Assembly (NCBI GenBank): GCA_050293845.1
Contig: JBNKNM010000009.1
Coordinates: 1 to 64,000 of the forward strand
Direction: 5' to 3'
Length of the DNA stretch: 64,000 bases
Source: Pseudobacteriovorax sp.
GTDB taxonomy: Bacteria > Bdellovibrionota_B > Oligoflexia > Oligoflexales > Oligoflexaceae
Shown here: in pieces, positions 18,770-27,802 of the stretch
How positions within the stretch are numbered: position 1 is the stretch's first letter
Layout: each line of letters opens with the position of its first letter
The notes under the pieces: model-generated
Told to the model about the DNA's origin: nothing
Database searches by the model: none
Seen by the model: only the letters and a program-made list of their open reading frames with translations
Program-made: the position numbers and the translations under genes

Positions 18770-19765
18770 ATGAAAAAAATAACCCTAGTTGAAGGTGACG
18801 GTATTGGCCCAGAAATCACTAATAGCGTCAAAGAAATTCTTGAGGCGGCCAACGCCCAAGTCGAATGGGAGTCCCATGCTGTTGGATTAACTGCCTACGA
18901 AAAAACCGGTAAGCTTATTCCTGATGAGTTTATTCAAAGTATCCAGCGCCATGGCGTTGCCCTAAAAGGCCCAACAACAACCCCTGTGGGTGGCGGGCAT
19001 CGCTCCATAAATGTATCGATGCGCCAGCTCTTTAAACTTTATGCAAATGTAAGACCTGTCAAAACTATTAAGGGTTTACCCAGCCGTTATGAAAACGTTG
19101 ATATGATCATCGTTCGGGAGAATTCGGAAGACCTCTACAAAGGTATCGAGTATAAGGTCTCGGAAGGAGTCGCCCAAGGGATCAAGTTAATTACTGCTGA
19201 AGCCTCCGAACGGATTGGTCGCCATGCCTTTGATCTAGCTCAAAAGCTGGGTCGTAAAAAGGTAACCGTAGTACATAAGGCAAATATCATGAAATTTACT
19301 GATGGACTTTTTTTGGAGTCTGTTAGGAAGGTAGCAGCGGACTACACCAATATACAGTTAGATGAGCTCATAGTCGATAATTGCTGTATGCAAATGGTTA
19401 CACGACCGGAACAGTTTGATGTTATCGTAACGGAAAACCTCTATGGCGACATTCTATCCGACCTGGCCGCTGGATTGATTGGTGGTTTAGGGCTGGCTTC
19501 AGGCGCCAATATTGGTGCCAAGCAGGCTATCTTTGAAGCAGCCCATGGATCGGCTCCTGACATCGCCGGCAAGGATATGGCTAATCCTACAGCTCTACTA
19601 ATGAGTGCCGTTATGATGTTAGACCACATCGACCAATTGGATGTAGCTCAGCGGGTCCGTCGCGGACTTAAAAAGACATTAGCTAATCCTGAAACACGCA
19701 CCAAAGATTTAGGAGGAAGTTTAGGTACCCGTGGCTTCACCCAGGCTCTTATCAATAATCTATAA
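18770..19765 (+). CDS. Isocitrate/isopropylmalate-family dehydrogenase, probably NAD-dependent isocitrate dehydrogenase
   Basis: GDGIGPEI, LKGP, RENSE, VHKANIMK, NLYGDILSDL, FEAAHGSAPDIAGK. Confidence 0.85.
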   Translation: MKKITLVEGDGIGPEITNSVKEILEAANAQVEWESHAVGLTAYEKTGKLIPDEFIQSIQRHGVALKGPTTTPVGGGHRSINVSMRQLFKLYANVRPVKTIKGLPSRYENVDMIIVRENSEDLYKGIEYKVSEGVAQGIKLITAEASERIGRHAFDLAQKLGRKKVTVVHKANIMKFTDGLFLESVRKVAADYTNIQLDELIVDNCCMQMVTRPEQFDVIVTENLYGDILSDLAAGLIGGLGLASGANIGAKQAIFEAAHGSAPDIAGKDMANPTALLMSAVMMLDHIDQLDVAQRVRRGLKKTLANPETRTKDLGGSLGTRGFTQALINNL

Positions 19766-19801
19766 GTGTCGTGGATCTATTATCACGAATGTTAAGGTCT
19801 G

Positions 19802-19826
19802 AGGAAAGCTATTCTATAGCTTTCCT
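19802..19826 (+). terminator. Hairpin downstream of the dehydrogenase gene
   Basis: AGGAAAGCTAT-tct-ATAGCTTTCCT, perfect 11-bp stem; no clear U-tract. Confidence 0.55.
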
Positions 19827-19856
19827 AACCTGCTTCGATAATTAAGATTCTTCCAT

Positions 19857-19883
19857 TAAAGAATGCTAGTTGTGGGCCGATAT
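19857..19883 (+). promoter_or_regulatory. Sigma-28 (FliA)-like promoter
   Basis: TAAA-N15-GCCGATAT, near-perfect consensus, upstream of the PP2C-M23 pair. Confidence 0.7.
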
Positions 19884-19938
19884 CGTTAAAGTGGCCTATG
19901 ATAACTCACAGAAATCTTAAAAAAAAGGCTCCATAAGC

Positions 19939-20694
19939 TTGAAAAAACTTAAGATTAAAAGTGTGGGCAAAACCGATATTGGGCGGATTCGTGCGGCCAA
20001 TCAGGATTCCTATTTAATAGATGAAAATGATGGCATTTTTATTGTTGCCGATGGTATGGGCGGCCATGCTGGAGGGGAAATTGCCAGCCGTATCTGTGTA
20101 GAAAAGGTTGCCGAACGCATTACTAAAGATCATGATTTATATTCTACAAAACAATCAAAAAAGCATCCCGATCCCAGCATTGCTAATGCGTTAGCTAACT
20201 CTGTTAATTATGCTTCCTCACGGATTTATGAGCATTCATTAGAAGATCCTAGCCTCAGAGGTATGGGTACAACCGCAACTGCTGTTAAAATAATAGGTAA
20301 GCAGGCCTACTACGCCCATGTTGGCGATAGTAGGTTGTATCTTGTCCGTAAAAACTTTATATATCAAATAACTTATGACCACTCATTGGTGAATGAACAA
20401 GTTCGGGCTGGTATTTTGACCAAGGAAGAGGCAGAGGTCCATCATCTTAAAAATGTCATAACGCGAAGTGTTGGATACCAAGAGGAAGAAGATGTTGATA
20501 CGTCAAGCTTCACCCTAGAGAAAGGCGATTACCTTATAATATGCAGCGATGGTCTCCATGGCAAAATCAATGACAAAGAGCTGTCGCAGCTTGTTTCAGC
20601 AAAGGGACTCGGCGCTATTAGCGAACTTATTGAGATAGCAAACGATCGCGGTGGTGAGGATAACATAACCGCTGTTCTCGTGGAAATTAACTAA
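19939..20694 (+). CDS. PP2C-type Ser/Thr phosphatase (Stp1/PrpC family)
   Basis: NQD, VADGMGGH, MGTT, HVGDSRLY, CSDGL, GGEDNIT; TTG start. Confidence 0.93.
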   Translation: MKKLKIKSVGKTDIGRIRAANQDSYLIDENDGIFIVADGMGGHAGGEIASRICVEKVAERITKDHDLYSTKQSKKHPDPSIANALANSVNYASSRIYEHSLEDPSLRGMGTTATAVKIIGKQAYYAHVGDSRLYLVRKNFIYQITYDHSLVNEQVRAGILTKEEAEVHHLKNVITRSVGYQEEEDVDTSSFTLEKGDYLIICSDGLHGKINDKELSQLVSAKGLGAISELIEIANDRGGEDNITAVLVEIN

Positions 20695-20707
20695 TTGAGG
20701 AGACTGG

Positions 20708-21652
20708 ATGAAGCGCTTAACGATACTAATCATTCCAGAAAATGCTAGTCAGACCAAACAGATAAAGATTCCAAGGGTGGCTCTGCGAGCCATTACTGTC
20801 GGTACTTTACTGATCGCTATGGTATTCGGTTACCTAGTCTTCGATTACATAGAATTACGGTCTATTCGCTCATCCTACAAAAACATACTGGCGGAAAATC
20901 AAGGCCTTAAAGGCGAGGCCCGGCTATTGATGAGCAATTTAGACGAGGTCAAAAAAGCCCTCAACCGGGTGCAGGATTACAGTGAAAAACTGGAGGACTT
21001 AACCCAGCTTAAGGTTAAAAAATTCAGTAGTAAGACCGGTATTGGCCCTTTAACAGCAGAAGAATACCGCTACGCGACACGTCACCAAGACGCCAATCAG
21101 ACAGAACAAAATCTCCCTCTAGGCATCGACATGAACAAACTAGTGTTTCGGTCGGTATTTGATCATGTGCAAAGTATTGGCAATAAAGCTAATCAAAATG
21201 CCCTGGAGCTACAGAAATTGCTTTCTACCCTAAGTCAGCAAAAAAGCCTGCTATCGTCTATACCGTCCTCATCGCCCGTGGACGGCTGGGTAACTTCGGG
21301 GTTTGGACCTCGCATCTCACCTTTTACCGGGGACCGCACCGTCCACAAGGGTGTTGATATAGCGGCGCCTTTAGGAACTCCCATATACGCACCAGCTGAT
21401 GGTGTCGTGATATTTTCTGGCGCTAAGGCAGGGTACGGTAATTTCATTATGGTTGCCCATGGCTATGGCGTTGTGTCTCGTTTCGGTCATAATGCCCAAA
21501 ATATGGTTCAACCTGGGCAAAAAGTCAAGAAAGGTAATCAAATTGCCACTGTTGGAATGACTGGTAGATCTACCGGACCTCACCTTCATTATGAAATTTT
21601 AGTTAATGGAAAATATGCAAACCCTAAAAAGTTCATGCTAGAAATACCTTAA
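20708..21652 (+). CDS. M23-family metallopeptidase with N-terminal TM and coiled coil
   Basis: HKGVD (HxxxD), TGRSTGPHLHYE (HxH). Confidence 0.92.
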   Translation: MKRLTILIIPENASQTKQIKIPRVALRAITVGTLLIAMVFGYLVFDYIELRSIRSSYKNILAENQGLKGEARLLMSNLDEVKKALNRVQDYSEKLEDLTQLKVKKFSSKTGIGPLTAEEYRYATRHQDANQTEQNLPLGIDMNKLVFRSVFDHVQSIGNKANQNALELQKLLSTLSQQKSLLSSIPSSSPVDGWVTSGFGPRISPFTGDRTVHKGVDIAAPLGTPIYAPADGVVIFSGAKAGYGNFIMVAHGYGVVSRFGHNAQNMVQPGQKVKKGNQIATVGMTGRSTGPHLHYEILVNGKYANPKKFMLEIP

Positions 21653-21677
21653 TTAATTGAGTATTTCTATTGGTAGA

Positions 21678-21707
21678 TCGCGCATAGAGAGCTGCTTTTG
21701 TGCGCGA
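21678..21707 (+). terminator. Hairpin after the M23 gene
   Basis: TCGCGCATAGA...TTTGTGCGCGA, imperfect stem. Confidence 0.45.
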
Positions 21708-21852
21708 GAATTTAACATCATTTCATCTATCCCAACCTATGGTCTTATCTGCTAATTAGAGGTTTTTATCTTTAACCTGTAGCAGTATACTAGCTTACCG
21801 AGTGGTAAGCCTATTTTACCTATATAAGAATGATCAGATAAGCAGGACCAAC

Positions 21853-24474
21853 ATGTTAAACTTGGCTAAAAAGATTTTCGGTACGAAAAATGACCGAGAG
21901 ATTAAGAACTATCTAGTAACCGTCGAACAGATAAATCGGTTAGAGCCTGAGCTAGAAAAATTATCGGATGAAGAGATCCTTGGCAAGTCCCATAATCTAA
22001 AAGAAAAGGTCCAAAGCGGGGTTGCCCTTAAAAGCATATTACCTGAGGCTTTCGCCCTTGTCCGTGAAGGCTCGAAGCGAGTTTTAGGTATGCGTCATTT
22101 CGATGTTCAAATGGCCGGTGGTATAGCTTTATTCGAAGGCAAAATTGCTGAAATGAAAACAGGTGAAGGTAAAACCCTCACAGCGACCCTCCCTATTTAC
22201 CTTCATGCCCTATCAGGCAAAGGAGCTCATGTTGTTACGGTAAACGACTATCTGGCCAGCACTCAATCTGAAGAGATGGGTAAGCTGTACGGCTTCTTAG
22301 GGTTATCGACTGGTCTTATTGTTCCTGGACTCGACGACCAGGAGAGACGCAATGCTTACCACTCAGATATTACCTACGGTACCAACAATGAGTTTGGTTT
22401 TGATTATCTTCGCGATAATATGAAAACAGACCTTGTCCGCTACGTTCAAAGGGAACATAACTATTGTATTGTTGATGAAGTCGACTCCATCCTAATCGAT
22501 GAAGCCCGTACCCCCCTTATTATTTCTGGTCCTGCAGAAACAAACACGGAAATATACGCCAAAGTAAACGCGGTAATTACAGGTTTACAGAAAGACAGCG
22601 ATTATATCATCGATGAGAAGGGGCGCAACGCTACATTAACAGAGGATGGCATCTCCAAGTTGGAAAAACGGTTACGGGTCGATAATCTCTACGACCCTTC
22701 CAACATCGAATACCTACATCACGTACAGCAAGCCTTAAAAGCCCATGTCATTTTCAAAAAGGATGTGGATTATGTGGTCCGTGATAATAAGGTGATCATT
22801 GTGGATGAGTTTACAGGCCGCTTAATGCCTGGCCGTCGCTACAGTGACGGTTTGCATGGAGCCCTTGAAGCCAAAGAGCACCTTCCCGTTGAAAAAGAAA
22901 CCCAAGTTCTCGCTTCCATTACCTTCCAAAACTACTTCCGCTTATATGACATACTAGCAGGTATGACAGGTACAGCCGATACCGAAGCGGTGGAATTCAA
23001 AAAAATATACAACCTTGATGTTGTTGTTGTACCGACTAATATGCCTATCGTTCGTAAGGATGAGCAAGACGAAATCTATAGAACTGCCATAGAGAAGTTT
23101 AAAGTCATTGCTGACGAAATCGCTAAAGCGCAGAAACGAGGACAACCTGTCTTGGTAGGTACCGTCTCGGTTGAAAAGTCGGAACTCCTCTCCTCGTTAC
23201 TCAGAAAACTGGATATTCCTCACGAAGTACTCAATGCTAAAAACCATGGTCGGGAAGCCCAAATTATTGCCGATGCAGGGCAAAAAGGTCACGTTACCAT
23301 TTCTACTAACATGGCTGGTCGTGGTACCGATATCAAACTTGGACCTGGAGTTAAGGAGGTGGGTGGCCTATTCGTCATTGGTACCGAACGCCACGAATCG
23401 CGGCGTATCGATAATCAGCTAAGGGGACGTTCCGGTCGCCAAGGCGATCCAGGTCGCAGTAAATTTTTCCTATCCCTAGAAGACGATCTTATGCGTATTT
23501 TTGCATCTGATCGACTGTCTGCCATCATGAGCCGCCTTGGCATGAAGGATGGAGAAGCCATTATCTCACCGATGGTCACCCGTGCTATTGAAAAAGCCCA
23601 GAAGCGTGTTGAAGAGCAAAACTTCTCTAGTCGTAAGCATGTATTGGAATATGACGATGTGATGAACCAGCAACGTCAGGTCATCTACAGCCGGCGGCGG
23701 AACATCTTAGAAGGGACTATTAGTCTCGATTTTATCTCTGAGTCCATCCGTAGTGTTACAGAGGGAATCGCTATACGCCACTCTCCTGAAACGACCCAGC
23801 AGAAATTTGATAAGCAAGCATTCGAAAAAGAGACTAGCAACGAATTCCACTTACCCGTCATCGTTGAGATTAAGTCCGAAGAAGATGAGAGTACTGCATC
23901 ACTCATAGAGCAGGTCAAAGAGCAAGTCCTGAATCATTATGAAGAAAAGCGAAAACTTGTAAGCCCCGATATTATGGCAAAGGTAGATGCTTTCGTATAC
24001 CTTCAGATTTTGGATCAATCCTGGAAAGAGCATCTGCGCGCTATGGATCAGTTACAAGATAGTGTCCGCTTGCGCGGATACGGACAACGGGATCCTCTAC
24101 AAGAGTATAAAAAGGAAGCCTATCAACTCTTTGATAGCTTAATGCTGCGGATAGAAGATGAAACCAGTTTGGCACTGGTACGCATGCCCCCTCCACAACT
24201 TGCCAGTTCCGAGGAGCTAGAGGTTGAGGAACCTGATGAATCGCAAATGAACTTCACCCATCCCCAGTCCAAAGCTCCCGAGGTAGCAGCTAACCAAAAG
24301 GATGATGAGCTCATTTACCATGGCTCTCGGGAACAGCAAGCCCGTGACAGTCGCTCTAAGCCACAACCTTTTAAACGAGATATAGAAAAAGTTGGCCGCA
24401 ACGATCCCTGTCCCTGTGGTTCTGGCAAAAAATACAAAAAATGTCATGGAAAACCGTCGGGAGCAGACTCCTAG
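21853..24474 (+). CDS. secA: Preprotein translocase subunit SecA
   Basis: [51 protein letters not shown]-terminal [18 protein letters not shown]; start reassigned to ATG 21853 after AGGA. Confidence 0.98.
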   Translation: MLNLAKKIFGTKNDREIKNYLVTVEQINRLEPELEKLSDEEILGKSHNLKEKVQSGVALKSILPEAFALVREGSKRVLGMRHFDVQMAGGIALFEGKIAEMKTGEGKTLTATLPIYLHALSGKGAHVVTVNDYLASTQSEEMGKLYGFLGLSTGLIVPGLDDQERRNAYHSDITYGTNNEFGFDYLRDNMKTDLVRYVQREHNYCIVDEVDSILIDEARTPLIISGPAETNTEIYAKVNAVITGLQKDSDYIIDEKGRNATLTEDGISKLEKRLRVDNLYDPSNIEYLHHVQQALKAHVIFKKDVDYVVRDNKVIIVDEFTGRLMPGRRYSDGLHGALEAKEHLPVEKETQVLASITFQNYFRLYDILAGMTGTADTEAVEFKKIYNLDVVVVPTNMPIVRKDEQDEIYRTAIEKFKVIADEIAKAQKRGQPVLVGTVSVEKSELLSSLLRKLDIPHEVLNAKNHGREAQIIADAGQKGHVTISTNMAGRGTDIKLGPGVKEVGGLFVIGTERHESRRIDNQLRGRSGRQGDPGRSKFFLSLEDDLMRIFASDRLSAIMSRLGMKDGEAIISPMVTRAIEKAQKRVEEQNFSSRKHVLEYDDVMNQQRQVIYSRRRNILEGTISLDFISESIRSVTEGIAIRHSPETTQQKFDKQAFEKETSNEFHLPVIVEIKSEEDESTASLIEQVKEQVLNHYEEKRKLVSPDIMAKVDAFVYLQILDQSWKEHLRAMDQLQDSVRLRGYGQRDPLQEYKKEAYQLFDSLMLRIEDETSLALVRMPPPQLASSEELEVEEPDESQMNFTHPQSKAPEVAANQKDDELIYHGSREQQARDSRSKPQPFKRDIEKVGRNDPCPCGSGKKYKKCHGKPSGADS

Positions 24475-24490
24475 GAACCCGAATTGCACA

Positions 24491-24530
24491 ATATCCCATG
24501 TTTTTTAGAATCCTTAAAAACATGGGATAT
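24491..24530. terminator. Long inverted repeat after secA
   Basis: Perfect 15-bp arms ATATCCCATGTTTTT / AAAAACATGGGATAT. Confidence 0.6.
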
Positions 24531-24647
24531 AAAGCTAAATAGACTTACTAAACAGCAGGCTTATCCGTAAGGGTTACAGAGCGTGGCAAGCGATGAATTT
24601 TTGGCTTTCGGCCAGGAAAATGAATCCCTCGGAGCTATATAAAAAGT

Positions 24648-24675
24648 CAGGCCTTTCCCTAGCCTGGTTTTTTTT
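24648..24675 (+). terminator. Rho-independent terminator-like element
   Basis: CAGGC...GCCTG followed by a T8 run. Confidence 0.45.
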
Positions 24676-24703
24676 GTCATAATAGTCTGCAAAGGGGAAG
24701 AAT

Positions 24704-25063
24704 ATGAAACGAATATTTGAATTCATACCCAATGATCATGACATTATCATCTCTAGGACCCTAGTGCTGATTCATCAGGCCATTGACTCTGAGTTTCCCG
24801 AAGCTAAGCCCGCATCCCAGCGCTTTGCCAAAACGGCCTTTGGCGACGAGCCGACTTTGACCAAGTCCCTGCCAGGAGAAAGAGCTAAAGGAATTCTGTC
24901 GGAGGAAAACTCTACTACTAAGCGTTCTATTGCCGACCATCCTACGAGTGAAGAAAAAACCATCTCTGAGCAGGTAGGTACAGAAAGACTCTGGAAGCAA
25001 AGTCTCATAGCAATATTATTTCTTATTCTATGCGTCATTCTAATATATTTAATCGTTATTTAG
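24704..25063 (+). CDS. Hypothetical protein with a single extreme C-terminal TM helix
   Basis: AGGGG RBS; polar body ending LIAILFLILCVILIYLIVI. Confidence 0.65.
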   Translation: MKRIFEFIPNDHDIIISRTLVLIHQAIDSEFPEAKPASQRFAKTAFGDEPTLTKSLPGERAKGILSEENSTTKRSIADHPTSEEKTISEQVGTERLWKQSLIAILFLILCVILIYLIVI

Positions 25064-25190
25064 CAGCTAGGTTGGCACAAAGTTTATAATTTTTGGTCTT
25101 AAGCCTTGTCATTAGGAAATCTATTGGTTAAACAAAGTCATCTGCTTATATTGTACCATTAAGACTTATTGAAACAGTTAGGAAATTAGA

Positions 25191-25925
25191 ATGTTAAGAC
25201 ATGATGGAAGATCTTCCGATCAAATGCGACCCATCCGGTTCATCCCAAACTTTACAAAGCACGCCGGTGGCAGTGTGCTCGTAGAATACGGTGACACTAA
25301 AGTACTTTGTACCGTCTCTGTAGATGAAGGTGTTCCATCTTTCCTAAGAAATGTGACTCCAGCTCAAGGCTGGCTTACAGCGGAATATTCCATGCTCCCT
25401 AGCGCAACACAAACTAGGTCGCGACGCGAGCGTCCCGCGCCATCAGGAAGATCCCAGGAAATACAGCGCCTTATAGGCAGGTCACTGCGAGGCATCATTG
25501 AATTAACCAAAACTCCCGATTTTACCTTCACCGTCGATTGCGATGTCATTCAAGCCGATGGTGGCACGCGTACAGCTTCTATAACAGGCGCATATGTAGC
25601 CCTTAAAATAGCAGTAGACAAATTACTACGTGCGGGCAAGGTCAACCAAAATCCACTTACGGATGCTGTAGCAGCCGTTTCCGTGGGCTTACGTGACGGT
25701 GAAATCATGGTCGACTTGGACTATCAGGAAGATAGCACAGCCGACTTAGATATGAATGTGGTTATGACACAAAGTGGGCAGTTTCTTGAGATACAGGGGA
25801 CCGCAGAACGGGCAGCCTTTAGCAAGCAACAAGTACTTGAGATTATGGAAGCTGCAGAAGCAGCTTTAAGCTCATGCTTCGATTTACAGCATGAAGCCGC
25901 TGATGGCCGAGAGGTAGAGTCTTAA
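25191..25925 (+). CDS. rph: Ribonuclease PH
   Basis: GWLTAEYSMLP, SGRSQEIQRLIGRSLR, DCDVIQADGGTRTASITG, EIQGTAE. Confidence 0.97.
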   Translation: MLRHDGRSSDQMRPIRFIPNFTKHAGGSVLVEYGDTKVLCTVSVDEGVPSFLRNVTPAQGWLTAEYSMLPSATQTRSRRERPAPSGRSQEIQRLIGRSLRGIIELTKTPDFTFTVDCDVIQADGGTRTASITGAYVALKIAVDKLLRAGKVNQNPLTDAVAAVSVGLRDGEIMVDLDYQEDSTADLDMNVVMTQSGQFLEIQGTAERAAFSKQQVLEIMEAAEAALSSCFDLQHEAADGREVES

Positions 25926-26089
25926 TCCGCTGCATTTGTTGGATAGGGGCAATGGCGGCAGCCATTGCCACAGCAATAGCCTCTGCGCAGCAAATAGGCT
26001 GCTGTAAGGACCATGAGACCATCGGCGTCAAAATAATAATCCTCACCAGGTTCCAACGGGAACCCTGTTTCCTCATAATCTTTATCCAT
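25922..26089 (-). CDS. Small Cys-rich protein, DUF5522-like (55 aa; not in the ORF track)
   Basis: Manual translation: MDKDYEETGFPLEPGEDYYFDADGLMVLTAAYLLRRGYCCGNGCRHCPYPTNAAD. Confidence 0.85.
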   Translation of the reverse strand: MDKDYEETGFPLEPGEDYYFDADGLMVLTAAYLLRRGYCCGNGCRHCPYPTNAAD

Positions 26090-26135
26090 ATTAGTAGCTT
26101 ACCTAATCTTAGTAGAACCTATGCTCGAAATTTAT

Positions 26136-26162
26136 TCAATCCCAAACTAGCTTCACCGATAA
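26136..26162 (+). promoter_or_regulatory. Sigma-28-like promoter, probably giving a leaderless mRNA
   Basis: TCAA-N15-ACCGATAA ending 7 nt before ATG 26170. Confidence 0.55.
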
Positions 26163-26169
26163 TGAGCTC

Positions 26170-26361
26170 ATGAAGCAAGAGCCGAAAAAAAGTCGCATGA
26201 TTTCCATGAGAATTACTGAAGATCAGTTCCAATATCTGGAAAGCATCTCGCAGCGTATCCGTAAAGAAACGGGCCTCAAAGTTACCCGCGCCTCCATTAT
26301 TCTGAAACTCATGGAATACGGGGTCCCTTTTTTGAACAAGGAATTCCCTCCCGATGAATAA
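26170..26361 (+). CDS. Small ribbon-helix-helix-like DNA-binding protein
   Basis: Beta strand RMISMRIT, helix EDQFQYLESI, then TRASIILKLM second helix. Confidence 0.6.
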   Translation: MKQEPKKSRMISMRITEDQFQYLESISQRIRKETGLKVTRASIILKLMEYGVPFLNKEFPPDE

Positions 26362-26362
26362 C

Positions 26363-27784
26363 CTAAACCCCTGCCCTTAATCCAGGACCCTTGCCATCAG
26401 TAGGTTGTTCCTCGATCTCGCGTCCAATATTCTCAGGGTAGTGGCCATTGAAGCAACCATAACAAAAATTGCAACTATTAGCCTCTCCCAAGGCTTCTTT
26501 GAGACCATCGATACTCAGGAAAGCCAAAGAGTCAGCACCAATAAAGGTGCGCATTTCTTCAACCGTTCTTTGGGCTGCCAGCAGCTGACTTCTCTCAGGA
26601 GTATCAACTCCAAAATAACAGGAATGAGTGATGGGGGGAGACCCCAAGCGCATATGGATTTCTTTAGCTCCCGCTTGACGGATCATTCTTAGGATTTTTA
26701 CCGAAGTGGTACCGCGTACTAAGGAGTCATCGACCACGATCACTTTTTTATCGCGCAGTGAGGAGCCTACTGGATTTAATTTTAACTTCACACCAAAGTC
26801 GCGAATGGACTGGGAAGGTTCGATAAAAGTACGCCCTACATAGTGATTCCTTACCAGGCCTAACTCCATAGGCAATTTAGCCTCAGTGGCATAGCCTAGA
26901 GCCATAGGAACGCCAGAATCTGGCACAGCCACGACCACATCAGCATCAACCTGTGATTCGCGAGCAAGTATAGCTCCCATCCTTTTTCTTAAGAAGTAGA
27001 TCTCTTCATTAAAAATTTGACTGTCAGGCCTTGCAAAATATATCGGCTCAAAAGAACAAAAAGCTTTGCTTTGTGACTCTACAGGAAAGTATGACTTTAC
27101 ATTGCCATCATTGTGAATTTCCAAAATCTCACCCGGTGCCACCTCCCTTTCAAAGTCGGCATCTATTAAATCCAAGGCACAGGTTTCGCTAGCGACGACG
27201 ACAGCTCCCCCTCGTCGCCCCATGACCAATGGCCGGAATCCAAAAGGATCACGCAAGGCAAAAAGTCGATCTTTTGTTAGCAAAACCAGAGAGTAGGCTC
27301 CCTTTACAGTGTTCATCACTTCGACAATACGATCGAAAATAGAGGCTTGCCTGCTGCGAGCCAATAGGTGCATGAATACTTCAGTATCCGATGTCGATTG
27401 GAAAATGCTGCCACCCTCTTCCAGGTCTTGACGTAAGGAATCTGCATTCGTAAGATTGCCATTGTGGGCAATGGCAATAGAACCAATAGCCGTATTGAAA
27501 GAGAAGGGTTGGATATTCTGGACCATCCGCCCCCCATGGGTGGAATATCGGTTATGGCCAATGCCTACCCTACCTTCCAGCTTATCCAAAATATCTTTAC
27601 TGAATCCATCCCCCACAAGTCCAAAGGTTTTGTGGCCCGAGAAGCGACCCTCTTTGTTAATCGTTACAATGCCAGCAGCTTCCTGTCCACGATGCTGGAG
27701 AGCATAAAGGGATAAATAGATCAAATTAGCCGCCTCGGCATCACCTATAACACCAACAACACCACACTCTTCTCTAAAGCCCAT
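26363..27784 (-). CDS. purF: Amidophosphoribosyltransferase
   Basis: EECGVVG propeptide/Cys1, LQHRGQE, GHNRYST, HNGNL, VVDDSLVRGTT; ATG at 27784. Confidence 0.97.
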   Translation of the reverse strand: MGFREECGVVGVIGDAEAANLIYLSLYALQHRGQEAAGIVTINKEGRFSGHKTFGLVGDGFSKDILDKLEGRVGIGHNRYSTHGGRMVQNIQPFSFNTAIGSIAIAHNGNLTNADSLRQDLEEGGSIFQSTSDTEVFMHLLARSRQASIFDRIVEVMNTVKGAYSLVLLTKDRLFALRDPFGFRPLVMGRRGGAVVVASETCALDLIDADFEREVAPGEILEIHNDGNVKSYFPVESQSKAFCSFEPIYFARPDSQIFNEEIYFLRKRMGAILARESQVDADVVVAVPDSGVPMALGYATEAKLPMELGLVRNHYVGRTFIEPSQSIRDFGVKLKLNPVGSSLRDKKVIVVDDSLVRGTTSVKILRMIRQAGAKEIHMRLGSPPITHSCYFGVDTPERSQLLAAQRTVEEMRTFIGADSLAFLSIDGLKEALGEANSCNFCYGCFNGHYPENIGREIEEQPTDGKGPGLRAGV

Positions 27785-27802
27785 GTTAGGAACTCCCAAG
27801 AT

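Noticed and set aside
24593..24682. 29-codon ORF MNFWLSARK... downstream of secA
   Set aside because: No RBS, runs through a terminator-like element, no recognisable motif
25843..26173. ORF-track calls 25843-26076 (-) and 25952-26173 (+)
   Set aside because: Alternative frames over the better-supported 55-aa Cys-rich gene
26170..26361. RHH gene as the antitoxin of a toxin-antitoxin pair
   Set aside because: No co-oriented toxin ORF on either side
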